A DNA stretch of 64,000 bases from Stegostoma tigrinum (lineage: Eukaryota), in NCBI RefSeq assembly GCF_030684315.1, contig NC_081387.1, positions 6,366,497 through 6,430,496 of the forward strand, given 5' to 3'. Each line of letters starts with the position of its first letter. The stretch's first letter is position 1. The notes beneath the pieces were generated by a model. The model was not told where the DNA came from, did no database searches, and saw nothing but the letters and a program-made list of their open reading frames with translations. The position numbers and the translations under genes are program-made. Shown piece by piece: positions 1-12,575 of the stretch.

Positions 1-404
1 GAACATCAGAGGCTGAGAAAATAAAAACAACAGAGTGTAAATAAAATGTAAAATTAGACAGTGTGAAATATTCTCGACCATTCACTGGACCCCGAAGTCA
101 GTCACCCTCAGTGTAAAAAAAGCAGGCACTGACATCTCAGCGCAGAGGGAGTCAAGGATGAAGTAGTGGCAGAGTTTGGGGGGGATGGGGTAGATAGGGG
201 ATGAGGGAAAGGCGGGTGATGACTGGAAGGAGAGCTGCTGGGGATATAGAATGGCATTAGAGGAGGAGGAGGAGAAGAGAGTGGTGACTGAGGAACTACA
301 TCATGAGGATACTGACGTGTGCCACACTGAGTCACAGCCTGGAGAATGTAACTCTACAACTTCCAATCCCTTGTCTGCAACAATCTTTCCCCTCAGCCAC
401 TTAC

Positions 405-437
405 TGCGAGCTGTTGTGTAGGTCCCACTTTGAGAAT
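405..437 (-). CDS. Cytoplasmic-tail mini-exon (DSQSGTYTTAR)
   Basis: tttctgcag|AT TCT...CGC A|gtaagt; 33 nt, phase 1-1. A further acceptor ttttctcag|CC TCT GAT GTT at position 12 continues as T-S-D-V, typical of class I tails. Confidence 0.7.
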
Positions 438-825
438 CTGCAGAAATGAAATATTTGTCCATTAGGGTGAGGAATAATCCGTTCTCACAGAGTGAGAACG
501 CAATGTGAGGGAATGGAGATTGTGTAAGAAACCCTGAATCCCACAATCCCCTCCATCCTTACACTTTATGGAGAATCCGGAAATCTCTCCCATTCCACCA
601 ATATTCAGCCAGCGAGGATGTGAGTGTGTGTGGTGGTGTTTAATGTTCGATGTTGAACATGGGCTGAGCCATTCAGGCAGAAAACAAGACATGTTTATAG
701 ATGTGTACCTGTGTGTAAGAATTCAATCAGTTTCATTCAACAGTGCTCTGTACTCCCAGCACTGGAGATTCTCCCACAGTCACACTGTCCCCTAAGTTCT
801 ACATTCCCCTCTCCCAGAATTTTAC

Positions 826-934
826 CTTTCCCTGGCTTTTTCCAAGTGATAAATCTGAGTATTACAGCCATTTCAGTGAGTAACCTAATCATCATTACAA
901 GATCGGAGCGTTCCATACTGTTTTCCAGGATCTC
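826..934 (-). pseudogene. Degenerate connecting-peptide/TM exon
   Basis: taatag|GAG ATC CTG...AAA G|gtaaaa. One frame reads EILENSMERSDLVMMIRLLTEMAVILRFITWKKPGK (TM-like but with R/E/R inside). 109 nt, so out of frame with the phase-1 alpha3 donor. Confidence 0.6.
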
Positions 935-1983
935 CTATTACATTGAAATAATATCAGCATTGTTGCTTTCCTGAGTTTCATTCCCACTTCTGCATTGTTT
1001 AGGACAATTCCGACTCATCCCGCTGATAGGAATTGATGGAATTGGGTAAAACACTGACTTGACCTTCACTTGATTTCACTTTCCAGTGTACGTTCCCATT
1101 GATAAGATCAGGGAGATGGGGAAAAAGATCTTCAACGTTATGTGAATCACTGCCTCAAGTCTAATCAGGGACCTGGAATAACACACACCCAGTCCAACAG
1201 CTTCTACTTACAGACTGGAACAAAACAGCGGAACAACAATCTTTGGGTTTGTTGAGAACTTTAATCCATTCTTTGGTCTTTAGCCACAGAACCAGAAAGA
1301 TAGAACATGTGATAAGCGATCGCCTGGTCCCGGTGACATGGAAGCTACTACACAGGCAGGTTGAGTTTTCAGGCTCTGAGCCAGTAAGGCTGGGTGCGAG
1401 AAGAGGACTCCCCTTTCAGCTCAGGAGCATAAAGAGAGCACTAGGACTCTGGATGCCATCTCCCCCATCACAGTAAGCATATTGGCTCAGATCTTCCAAC
1501 TGGGAGAGGCAAAGGTACTTCAGGATTGTCTCTAGAGCAGGAATCCAGCGACCCAAGTATCATTCCAGAACATGGAGCGTTTTCCTCCAGTGAGTTGCTC
1601 CGTTGTCATGTCTGGGCATGGCAGGACAGCCAATCTGTTGGTTGTGGGATCACTTAGCTCTGTCTCTGCTCCCTCTGCCGTTTGCTACAGAGGCAGTCTT
1701 AATCTGTCACTTTACCGAGCAACACCATCGCTTACAAGTTCCCCTCCCAAGCACTCACCATCCTGACTTGGAAATATATCGCTGTTCTTTTGGGGTAGTT
1801 TGGTTAAAATTCTGGAATACTGTCCCGGAAGACATTGTGGGTTGACAACCACAACATGAACTGCTGCAGTTCAGGAAGGCAGTTCACTACCACCTTCTCA
1901 AGGGCAGTTAGGAATCGGAAATAAATATCAACAGCCAGCAATGTCCATGTCCCGGCAGTGAATAAAAAACACCACTTTTTACT

Positions 1984-2595
1984 TCAAGATAACAAAGTGT
2001 GGAGCTGGATGTACACAGGAGGCCAAGCAGCATCTCAGGAGCACAAAAGCTGACCTTTCGGGCCTAGACCCTTCATCAGAAAAGGGGGATGGGGAGAGGG
2101 TTCTGAAAAAAATAGGGAGAGGGGGAGGTGGATTGAAGTTGGATAGAGGAGAAGATAGGTGGAGAGGAGACAGACAAGTTAAAGGGTCCGGGATGGAGCC
2201 AGTAGAGGTGAGCAGTTGTGGGGAGTTAGGTAGGGGACAGGTCAGTCCAGGGAGGATGGACAGGTCAAGGGGGCAGGATGAGATTAGTAGGTAGGAAACG
2301 GAGGTGCGACTTGACGTGGGTGGAGGGGATATGTGAGAGGAAGAACAGGTTAGGGAGGCGGGGATGAGCTCGGCTGGTTTTGGGATGCAGTGGGGGGAGG
2401 GGAGAGTTTGAAGCTTGTTAAACCCACATTGATACCATTGCAGGGTTCCCAAGCGGAATATGAGTTGCTGTTCCTGCAACCTTCGGGTGGCATCATTGTG
2501 GCACTGCAGGAGGCCCATGATGGACATGTCATCTAAAGAATGGGAGGGGGAGTGGAAATGGCTCGCGGCTGGGAGGTGCAGTTGCTTGCTGCCAA
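1984..2595 (-). mobile_element. PLE family A, 3' fragment (GIY-YIG end + pLTR)
   Basis: ORF HFHSPSHSLDDMSIMGLLQCHNDATRRLQEQQLIFRLGTLQ is homologous to 8055-8498; pLTR with a hammerhead-like motif at 2052-2079. Confidence 0.85.
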
Positions 2596-2659
2596 ACCTG
2601 CTGATTTTCACCAGTTGTTTGATTCAAAAAAAGGACCGGTGACATCAACTTTATTCATA

Positions 2660-3590
2660 GGGGTCATAGGGTCACGGAAGTCTACAGCACAGAAAATGGC
2701 CCTTTGACCCATTGTGTCTGTGCTGGTCAAAAGTAACCAGCGAACTATTCTAATCCCATTTTCCAGCCCTTAGTCCATAGCCTTATATGTCCCAATTGCA
2801 CGTATAAATACTTATTAAATGCTGTGAGGGCTTCGGCCCTTACCGCACTTACAGGCAGTCAGTTCCAGATTCCCACTATGCTCTGGGTGAACACGTTTTT
2901 CCTGACATGTCCTTGAAATCTCCTGTCTCCTATGTTAAATCTATCCCTCCCGGTCATTGATTTCCCCCATCAAAGGGGAAATGTTTCTTCCTGTCTCCCT
3001 TATCAACGCCCCTCAAAGTTGTATACATCTCAGTCATGTCCCCTCTCGATTTCCTCTGCCCTCAGGAAAACAACCCCAGTCTGCCCAATCTTTCTTCATA
3101 ACTGAAACTCTCCAGCCCATTCAACATCCTGGTATCTCGCCCGTGCACCCTCTCCAGTGCTATTACATCCATCCGATCATGTGGATTCCATAACTGCACA
3201 CGAATTGAGCTGTGGCCTCAGCAAAATTTAATACAGTTTGCCTTGGCTAATAAAGACAAGTGTCCCAGATACCTTCTGAACCACTTTATCCATCTGTCCT
3301 GATCTGTTAAGGGACTAGTGTACATGCACACCACGCTCGCTTTGATCCTCAGTACTTCCCAGGGCTCTACCATTCATCATGTACTCCCTTGGCTTGTTTG
3401 CCCTGTCTAAGTGCATTACCTCACATTTATCCGATTGAACTCCATTTGCCACTGATCAGCCCATCCAACCATCGTCCTGTAATCTGAGGCTGCCCTCCTC
3501 ACCAGTTACCGTCCTACTCATTTTTGTATTATCTGTCAGCTTACTGATCAACCCTTCTATACTCAAAGCCAAATCATTTCTATAAGCCAA
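2660..3590 (-). mobile_element. Decayed CR1-type LINE 3' fragment
   Basis: Similar to the other CR1-type 3' ends in the window; approximate boundaries. Confidence 0.55.
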
Positions 3591-3619
3591 ATGTCAACTG
3601 GTGAGCCCGGCATTTAATG

Positions 3620-4200
3620 CCCAATCTTAATTTCAAGTATTATTGCTGGGCTGCTAATCCCGAAACCGTGGGAATGCTCTGAGGACCCAGGCTCAAATCC
3701 TGACAAGGCAGGTGGTGGAATTTGAATTCAATTAAAATGTGAAATTAAGAGTCTACTGACAACCATGAAACCGTTGCTGATTGTCAGAAAAAACCATCTG
3801 GTTCACCAATGTTCTTGTGAGAAGCAAACTGCTGTCTTTACCTGATCTGGCCTACTAATGACTCCAGACCTCATAGCAATGTGGTTAACAATGTGGGGAT
3901 GAGCAATAAATGCCAGCGATGCCCACATCCCATAAATGAATAAAAGAAGTTGAGATTGACCTATATTGCTGTGCTTCAGGAGTCACCTGGAGACAAGAAC
4001 TGCTGAAAGGAATTTGTGAACCAAATGGGATTTTACAACAACCAACAATGGTTTCACGGTCATTGTTAGACTCTTAATTCCAGATTTTTATGGAATTCAA
4101 CTTCTGCCATCTGCCGTGGAAGGATTTAAACTCAGATCCCCAGAGCATGATACAGGTCTCTGGATTCATAGTCTAGTGATAATACAACTGGGTTACCTCC
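3620..4200. mobile_element. Shark SINE-like interspersed repeat fragments (also about 5270-5480, 49190-49545, 55710-55910, 59930-60275)
   Basis: Recurrent shared motifs such as cagcatttattgcccatccc, gtgaaccagatgg, tagactcttaattccaga and gaattcaaattccaccatctgcc in both orientations. Confidence 0.6.
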
Positions 4201-4433
4201 TCACTAAATGAGTGAATTCTATTGGCCATGAATCTTCACAATGCAGGGGAAGTTGGAATTTAAGAAACTCTAAGGTCGACCTCAGAATGACCAATCAAAA
4301 TTTTCTCATAACGTTGAGAGCCTAGGGATTGTAAAACAAAAGAGACTTGAGTGGCTGTGCACAGTTTACTAAAAGCCATGATGCTACAGGCTTCAGAAGC
4401 TCATGCACACAGAGATCCTGTGCAGTTCCTTAC

Positions 4434-4712
4434 CCCACTGATACAGCTTGGTCTCTGCCAGGCTGCTGTGTTCAATTCGACAGGAATATTGATCCTCATC
4501 CCCAGCACTGATTTCAATCTCTTTCAGGATTTGATGAGTTCCATCGTGGTTCGGTCGAATCGCCAAGGATTGTGTCTCAGACATGACCTCTCCATTCCTT
4601 AGCCAGATCACCTCGATGCCTACAGGATAAAATCCAGTGACCAGGCAGGAGAGAGTGAGCAGCTTGTCCTGACGATTGGGTTCACTCCTGGAGATGAACA
4701 CTTCGGGCTGAA
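4434..4712 (-). CDS. MHC class I alpha3 (Ig C1) exon (minus-strand gene)
   Basis: cttcacag|TT CAG CCC...TGG G|gtaag; 279 nt; LSCLVTGFYP, WLRNG, RPNHDGTHQ, YSCRIEHSSL. Confidence 0.92.
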
Positions 4713-4803
4713 CTGTGAAGGAACAGGGTGAGAACACAAACAATAGACAGACTCTGACTGGTATGGCGGAATAGTTTCATGGATCAGTGACTCAAATGCA
4801 TAC

Positions 4804-5079
4804 ATTTCCTTTCAAAATATTCCTTTCCAGCTTGAAAGTAACTTTTAAAATGCTGAACAAACGCTTCTTCCAAATTTGCCTTCCAAAATTTGTTCCAGGA
4901 TTTATCAGAATTCCATTTCTCGGTAGTCTTCACTGCAAAGTGATTTGATGCAACCCATCTCATTCTGTCTGGCTGTAAACTAATGCAGTCCTTTCCATCA
5001 AATCCAAATCTCATCGATCTTTTCACGGAGCTGTCATTGGTGAGCTCAACAGTCCGCATCCACTGGAATGTGTTAATTC
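4804..5079 (-). CDS. MHC class I alpha2 exon (minus-strand gene)
   Basis: ctgctag|GA ATT AAC...AGG AAA T|gtatgc; 276 nt; GINTFQWMRTVEL...FDGKDCISL...KTTEKWN...YFQAGKEYFERK; both canonical Cys missing. Confidence 0.9.
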
Positions 5080-5889
5080 CTAGCAGTGACAAAACAGTGA
5101 TCAATGATCAATAGTCACTCAGAAATTAGTCATTTTATCAGGTAGAATTGGGGGATCAGAGTCACAATCAGGTCAGAGGGAAAGGGGGTCTAGAATTAGT
5201 TATAAATTTTAGAAATTTTCCCATTCGTGGTGATTGCTGCAATTTTCGATTGATCTTCTCGATACGCATTCCAGAAACCTCAATAATGTTCTGGGGACCT
5301 AGGCTCAAATCGAGCCAAGGCTGGTGGCGGAATTTGAATTCAATTAAAATATGAAATTAAGTGTCTCATGATAGCCATGAATTCATTGCTGATTGTCAGA
5401 AAAATCCATCTGGTTCATGAATGTCTGTGAGGGAAGAAAACTATGGTACTTACCTGATCTGGCCAACAAGTGCCTCCAGACCATGTAGCAATTGCTGAAC
5501 AGGTTGATGAGAAAATATCTACCCTGAGGAATTCATATAGAGATGTCCTGGAGCTGCAATTATTGCAACCACAACCATTTTCTTTGTGTTAGATAGAACA
5601 CAAACCACTGAAATTTTCCCCTTGATTTCTGTTAACTCCTGTTTTGTAACACTTGATGCCACACTCAGTCAAATACAGTCCATCTCACTTCACCACCTAT
5701 GTCCTGCTCTTTTGTCCATATTTCAAACATGACTGCAATGGGGGTTGGGAGTCAACTCAATGAGCTGTGTACTATGTTCAGAAGGGCTGGTATCTCCCAA
5801 TGGTGTAACATACTCTCACAGTCGGTGGTGTAGCTAGGTTGGTTACTTGCTTAATGCTCATTGGAAGATTCTGCATTGCTGTAGCTTGC

Positions 5890-6144
5890 CGGATGTCTGG
5901 TTCATAATCTTCGTGATCAGATCCTGATTCTCCTTTGCCATGTCTGACCATGCATTCACCAGGCTTGTGCGATGCTCCTTGTATTTCACATCACAGGATT
6001 CTGCCATGAACTGCTGTCTGGGAATCATCTGGCAAATGTCGTAATAATCAACCTGGACTCCAATGATCAGTGCTACATTTGTAATATCAGGAAAATGATT
6101 GATTCCAGATATTGCTGTGATAACCACAGTGACTGAATTTATCT
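5890..6144 (-). CDS. MHC class I alpha1 exon (minus-strand gene)
   Basis: ttacag|AG ATA AAT TCA...; EINSVTVVITAISGINHFPDITNVALIIGVQVDYYD...KIMNQTS; 255 nt; N86 sequon NQT; donor G|GCAAG (non-canonical GC). Confidence 0.85.
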
Positions 6145-6431
6145 CTGTAATTTAACAATTAAATAGTTAATTTGCACACACTACCACCTCCTCAAAGTAA
6201 GCCCCATCCACAATCTCCAATAATCCATCACTTTACCACACTCTCAGAGTCTGATATTATAAACAGAATCATATACTATTGGTTCAGAATTAGATGCTGC
6301 AGCCCCTCAGAATGGATGGAGTCAGTGTGGAAACAGGGGAGAGTCTGGAACACAATCCAAAGTTTGGAATGGTAAACAGAAGACCATTAATCTGGAATAG
6401 TGACTGGAGAAACACCCGGTCAATCACTAAC

Positions 6432-6762
6432 CTGGAACTGTAACCCAGGACCCTGGATTACTCAACGTGATGCATAAATTGGTGCTTCGTGTGTCTCTCA
6501 TTTTAGTGCCGTACCCCAAGCAACACCAAGTTGATCTCAAACAAGAACATGGAATGAAGTCAATGTGAGCGTAAACAGTGAACATCTGCAGAGAGATACT
6601 GAGGAGACCCTCCGACACAGGGAATATTTGGAGTCCGGAATTCAGGATAACCCAAGGGTAGGTCTGCGGTTTATTGTCATAGCCAGGAAAGATGTGGAGA
6701 GGGTGAATCCGGATTGAAATGAGGAGACACAGGAATATTGGGAGGATGAAGTATGAGACCAT
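6432..6762 (-). CDS. Candidate leader exon of the minus-strand class I gene
   Basis: ATG 6762 starts a signal-peptide-like MVSYFILPIFLCLLISIRIHPLHIFP. There is no canonical donor right after it, but the frame stays open to a phase-1 donor CCAG|GTTAGT at 6432. Boundaries uncertain. Confidence 0.35.
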
Positions 6763-7179
6763 GGAGGACAGTCAGTATATGAACAGTCTCTGTCAAACAG
6801 TGGGATGAACAATCCAGAGCAGGATCTCCATTGTCCCTCACTGAGCTTTTTAATCTATCCTTCATACATGACCAGAAGGATGTTGGTAAAAACTGAAAGA
6901 ACAGTGAATGCTGTAAATCTGGAGCAAAAACAGAAGTTGCTGGAAAAGCTCAGCAGATCTGGCATCCTCTGGGAATAACGGAAATTAGAATTCATGTTTC
7001 GGGTATGGTGACCCTTCCTCCAACCCTTCTGATGAAGGATCATTAGGTGAGAGAAATTAACTCATTTTTTTCTTCACAGATGCTGCCAGATCTGCTGAGC
7101 TTTTGCAACAACTTCTGTTTTTGCAGGATGTTGGTGTCTGCGATAACACGACCTCTTCAACCATGAGAGCATCACAGCT

Positions 7180-8897
7180 GATCCTGGGCTGGGTTAAACA
7201 CGGGCTATCTTCTCTTCCCCGCAGTGTTTACAGACTTTAGACCAGAAATGATGAAGCTGTTTGACTACAGTCCACGTTCAAGCCTTCCCAATTTGGCCCC
7301 AACCAAGACATTATCTGCATTCAAAACATTGAGACTCTTGAGAAGCATTTCTCCCTGCGACACCTGAAACACAGACTTGCAGCAATGTGCCGGCATCTCC
7401 TGGCACTGCAATCCAGCCTACCCCAGCTCAGAGCCTTCCTCTCCCAAGCCTGCAAAGGTCCTCTTCTGATTTTTATTCTTCATAGGATCCACAACCTGAT
7501 CTCACAATTCTACTCAGCTTTATTGGGCACTGAAAACTGTAAGTACAGTAAAACGATATCCATTTCAAGCCCACCAACTCCCACAGCTACCTAGAATACA
7601 CCTTCTCCCAGCCACCTTCCTGCAAAAATTCCATCCCCTATTCCCAATTCTTTCGCCTCCGCTGCATCTGTTCCTAGGATGAAGCATTCCTCTCCCGTAC
7701 ATCTCAGATGTCTTCGTTTTTCAAGGATTGCAACTTCCCCCATGCAGTGGTCGAGATTGCCCTCGACCATGTCTCCTGCATTTCCCGCAACTCATCCCTC
7801 ACGCCCCGTCCCCGCAATAACCACCAAAAGAGAATCCCCCTAGTCGTCACATACCACCCCACCAACCTCCGGATACAACGCATCATCCTCCGACACTTCC
7901 GCCATCTACAATCCGACCCCACCACCAAAGACATTTTTCCATCCCCACCCTTGTCTGCTTTCCGGAGAGACTACTCTCTCCGTGACTCCCTTGTCCGCTC
8001 CATACTCCTAACCAGTCCCACCACACCCGGCACCTTCCCCTGCAACCGCAGGAAGTGCTACACTTGCCCCCACACCTCCTCCCTCGCCCCATCCCAGGCC
8101 CCAAGATGACTTTCCACATCAAGCAGATGATCACCTGCACATCTGCCAATGTGGTATACTGTATCCACTGTAGCCGGTGTGGCTTCCTCTACATTGGGGA
8201 AACCAAGCAGAGGCTTGGGGATGGATTTGCAGAACACCTCCACTTGGCCCGCAATAAACAACTGCACCTCACAGTCATGAACCATTTCAACTCCCCCTCC
8301 CATTCCTCAGATGACATGTCCATCCTGGGCCTCCTCCAGTGCCACAATGAATCCACCCGAAAGTTGCAGGAACAGCAACTCATATTCCGCTTGGGAACCC
8401 TGCAGCCCAATGGTATCAATGTGGACTTCACAAGCTTCAAAATCTCCCCTACCCCTAGTGCACCCCAATACCAGTCAAGCTTGTCCCTGCCTCTCTAACC
8501 TGTTCTTCCTCTCAACTATCCCCTCCTCCCACCTCAAGCCGCACCTCCATTTCCTTCCTACTAGCCTCATCCCTCCCCCTTGACCTGTCCGTCCTCCCTG
8601 TACTGACCTATCTCCTCCCTACCTCCCCACCTACACTCATCTTTACTGGCTCCATCCCCGCCCCCTTAACTTGTCAGTCTCCTCTCCAACTATCTTCTCC
8701 TCTATCCATCTTCGATCCTTCTTCCCTTTCTCCCTATTTATTTCAGAACCGTCTTCCCCTCCCCCATTTCTGATGAAAGGTCTAGGCCCGAACCGTCACC
8801 TTTCCTGCTCCTATGATGCTGCTTGTCCTGCTGTGTTCATCCAGCTCCACACCTTGTTATCTCGGATTCTCCAGCATCTGCAGTTCCCATTATCTCA
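7180..8897 (+). mobile_element. PLE family A, internally deleted copy with GIY-YIG endonuclease
   Basis: ORFs 7708-8109 (RIPLVVTYHP...CNRRKCYTC) and 8055-8498 (NVVYCIHCSRCGFLYIGET...RL...EH) give the PLE C-terminus and GIY-YIG; pLTR ends in gttcccattatctc; RT core absent. Confidence 0.85.
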
Positions 8898-9389
8898 GTT
8901 AAATCCTGGTGTCCAGTTATGATTCCAGCTGGGATCCAGTCAAAACTGAATCATCAAATCACAGACTGGAAAGTGTTTGGGGCCAGGAATCTGCCTCCAG
9001 GGGAAAGGGATTCTGGTTCAGAGCTTCACAAGCCTAAGTTTTAAATTGATGTGACACAGGGTTCCTGTTCGCTTACACTCTGTGGGGGCAGGGAGAGAGG
9101 TGGCTCAGATGTAATGTGAGACTGCTTTCTGCTGCTCACAGCAGCCACTCCTGCTCGCTGCCCCCAGGGAGATGGTGCGGACTGTCCCTCAGCTTTCGCA
9201 CCACGGGAGAGAAGTGAGCTGGCACAGGAGGGGAAGACTTGGTACCTGGGACAGGACTGTTGCCTCACTTCTTCGGTGCCAAAGGGATGTAACTGCAATA
9301 GAAGTGAGGGAGAGGACCGTGGTACATTTTCCAGAGGGTGGCAGGAAGGAAAGAGCACAGTGTCATACAGAGCATTCAGGGGCTCGCTG

Positions 9390-12300
9390 GGGAGGGAGGG
9401 AGTGACACTAACAGGAGACGAGTGAGGGGAGGGAGTCACACTAACAGAAGGCGAGTGAGGGGAGTGAGTCATATTAATAGGAGGAGCGTGAGGGAAGGGA
9501 GTCACACTGACAGGAAAAGAGTGAGGAGAGGGAGATACATTCACAGCAGGAGAGTGAAGAGAGGAGTCACAATACCAGGAGGAGAGTGAGATGAGGAACT
9601 CACACCAGTTGGAGGAGAGTGGGGGAGGGAGTGACATTAACAGGAGGAGAGTGGGGAAAGAGTCAAACTGACAGGAGGGAAGTGAGGGAAGGGTGTCACA
9701 CTACCAGGAGGAGAGTGACGGGAGGCAGCTACAATGGGAGGAGACTGGAGGAGGGAGTCGCACTGACAGGAGGAGAGTGAGGGGGAGGGAATCACACTAA
9801 CGGAGAGTGAAGGGAGGGAGTCGCACAGACAGAAGGAAACTGAGGGGAGGGAGACACAGTGACAGGAGAGTGAGGGGGAGGGAATCACACTAACGGAGAG
9901 TGAAGGGAGGGAGTCGCACAGACAGAAGGAAACTGAGAGGAGGGAGACGCAGTGACAGGAGAGTGAGGGGAGGGACTCACAATAACAGGGGCAGCATGGA
10001 GGAGCGAGTCACACTGACAGGATGACAGTGAAACATAGAAGATCAGAGCAGGAGGAGACCATTCGGCTCTTTGAGTCCGCTCAACCATTCTTCATGATCA
10101 TGGCTGATCGTCCAACTCAATAGACTACTCTGACTTTCTCCCCATAACTTTTGATCCCATTCACCCCAAGTGTTGGAGCTAGCCACTTCTTGAATACATT
10201 CAATATTTTGGCACCAACTACTTCCTGTGGTAATGAAGTCTACAGGCTCACCACTCCATTGGTGAAGAAATGTCTCTTCATCTCCGTCCTAAATCATCTA
10301 TCCCGAATCCTCACTCAGTGACCCCTGGATCTGGGTACACCCACCATCGGGGACATCCTCCCTGCACCTGCCCTTGTCCAGTCCTGTTAGGATTTTATAC
10401 GTCTCAGTAAGATCCTCCCCATATTTGCCTGAACTCCAGCAAAAACAATCCTAATCTAGCCATTCTCTCCTCATACATCAGACCCAGCATCCCTGGAGTC
10501 AGCCTGGTCAGGAGTCGCTATGACAAAACTGTGTGGGGAGGGAGTCACACTGACAGGAGGCAAATGAGGGAAGGGAGACACACTCACAAAGAGTGAGAGG
10601 ACAGAGTTACACTGACAGAAGATGAGTGAGGGAGGGAGTCACATTAACAGAGACAGAAGGGAGGGAGTCACGCTGACAGAAGATGAGTGAGGGGAGAGAG
10701 TCACGTTAACAGAGATTGAAGCGAAGGAGTCACACTAATAGGACGAGATTAAAGAGGGGGGTCACGCCAATAAGACAATGAGGAGATAGAGTCACAAAAC
10801 CAGAGGAGAATGAAGGAGGGAGATAAAATAATAGAGAATGAAGTGACAAAGCGTGGGGCTGGATGAACACAGCAGGCCAAGCGGCATTTTAGGAGCACAA
10901 AAGCTGACGTTTCGGGCCTTGACCCTTCATCAGAAATTTTTTCCAGCTCCACACTTTGTTATCTTGGATTCTCCAGCATCTGCAGTTCTCATTATCACTG
11001 AGAGAATGAGGTGAGTTAGTCACACTTACAGGAGACAAGTGAGGGGAGGGAGTCACACCAACAGGGGAGGGGATTGAGAGGATTTAGTCACACTAACACG
11101 AGGAGAGTGGGGCACAGAGTCACACTAACAGGGTGAAATTGAGGTGAGGGACTCACTCTAACAGGATAGTGAGGGTAGGGAGTCACATTAAAAGGAGGAG
11201 AGTTGAGGAGGCAGTTACACTAACAGAGAGAGGGGGAGGGAGTCAAACAGAGAGAGAGAGAGGGTAGGGAGCCACACTGACAGAGAGAGAGGGGAGGGAG
11301 CCACACTGACAGAGAGAGAGGGGAGGGAGTCACACTGACAGACAGAGGGGGAGGGAGTCACACTGACAGAGAGCGAGGGGAGGGATTCTTACTGACAGAG
11401 AGAGGGGAGGGAGTCACACTGATAAAAGTAGAGTGGAGGGAGCAAATTACACTCACAGGACGAAATTGTGGGAATGAAGTGATAAGAGCAGGTGAGTAAG
11501 GTGAGGGAGTCACACTAAGGAGAGGAGGGGGAGGGTACAAAGTCACACTAACAGGAGAGTGAGGTGTGGGAATCACGTTAACATAATGAGAGAGAGGAGA
11601 GGGAGCCACACTAAGAAAGTGAGGGGAGAGTGTCACATGAATAGAAGAGTGAGGAGAGAGAGTTGCACTAACAGGAGAGTGAGGTGAGGGAGTCACGTTA
11701 ACATAATGAGAGAGAGGAGAGGGAGCCACACTAAGAAAGCGAGGAGAGGGAGTCATGTTAATAGGAGAGTGAGGAGTGGGAGTCATGTTAATAGGAGAGT
11801 GAGGAGAGGGAGTCATGTTAATAGGAGAGTGAGGAGTGGGAGTCATGTTAATAGGAGAGTGAGGAGAGGGAGTCATGTTAACAGGATGAGAGACTGGGGA
11901 GGGAGTCACATGAACAGCAGAGTGAGGGAAGGGAGTCACACGAGCAGGAGATTGAGGAGAGGGAGTCACATGAACAAGAGAGTGAGGGGAGGGAGTCACA
12001 CAAACAGGAGGTTGAGGGGCGGGCGTCATGAAAACAGGAGGAGATTTGAGGAGGCAGTTAAAGTGACATAGAGTGAGGGAAAGGAGCCACACTAACACGA
12101 GGAGAGTGAGGGGAGGGGCTCACGCAGGCAGAGGGAGAGTGAGGCGAAGGAGTCACATTAACAGGAGGAGAATGAAGGAAGGAAGTCACACTGACTGGAG
12201 ATGAGTCGGGGAGGGAGTAACACAAAATGAGAATGAGGGAATGGAGTTACACTAACAGGAGAGGAGGAAGTCACATCGACTGGAGCAGTGTGTTGGGAGG

Positions 12301-12575
12301 GAGTCACACAAACAGAGGTCGAGGGGAGAGAGCCACACGGACAGGAAGAGGGTGAGGGAAATGTGTCACACAAACAGGAGAGCGAAGGGAAGAAGTCACA
12401 CTGACAGGAAGAGTGTTGAGGTGGGAGTTACACTAAAACAGTGAGTGAAAGGAATCATATTAACAGCAGGGAAGGGAGTCACACTAACAGAAAGTGAGGG
12501 GAGGGGGATATGCTGACAGGTGAGGAATAAGCGGAGGGAATCACACTAACAGGTGGAGAGTGAGGAAATGTGTCA
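9390..12575 (+). repeat. Degenerate purine-rich ~30-bp minisatellite (GGGAGTCACACTAACAGGAGAGTGAGGGGA-like); resumes at 16725-18014 and 31221-31660
   Basis: GTCACACTAACAG core recurs about every 29-33 nt; interrupted by CR1 (about 10030-10510) and PLE (10847-11000) fragments. Confidence 0.9.
10847..11000. mobile_element. Short inverted PLE family A insertion
   Basis: Minus-strand pLTR piece joined to a plus-strand pLTR end; flanked by agagaatga(a/g)gtga at 10833-10846 and 11001-11014. Confidence 0.75.

Larger units (their letters stand above)
1..6762 (-). pseudogene. Divergent nonclassical MHC class I heavy-chain gene (possibly UEA/UCA-like), probably a pseudogene or TM-less; runs off the window start
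   Basis: Phase-1 exons: alpha1 5890-6144, alpha2 4804-5079, alpha3 4434-4712, degenerate TM 826-934, cytoplasmic 405-437 and 1-12, candidate leader from ATG 6762. Class I motifs MIPRQQFM, NQTSG, FDGKDCISL, KWN, CLVTGFYP, RPNHDGT, YSCRIEHSSL. The TM exon is 109 nt (frame-breaking) and the alpha1 donor is GC. Lineage assignment is inference. Confidence 0.75.

Noticed and set aside
9240-9330. Alternative leader exon for the minus-strand class I gene (donor-like CCAG|GTAC)
   Set aside because: The ATG-initiated frame hits a stop and no convincing signal peptide is in phase.
9041-12373. Pro/Ser-rich ORFs resembling mucins or extensins
   Set aside because: Products of the degenerate purine-rich minisatellite, with no splice or domain support.
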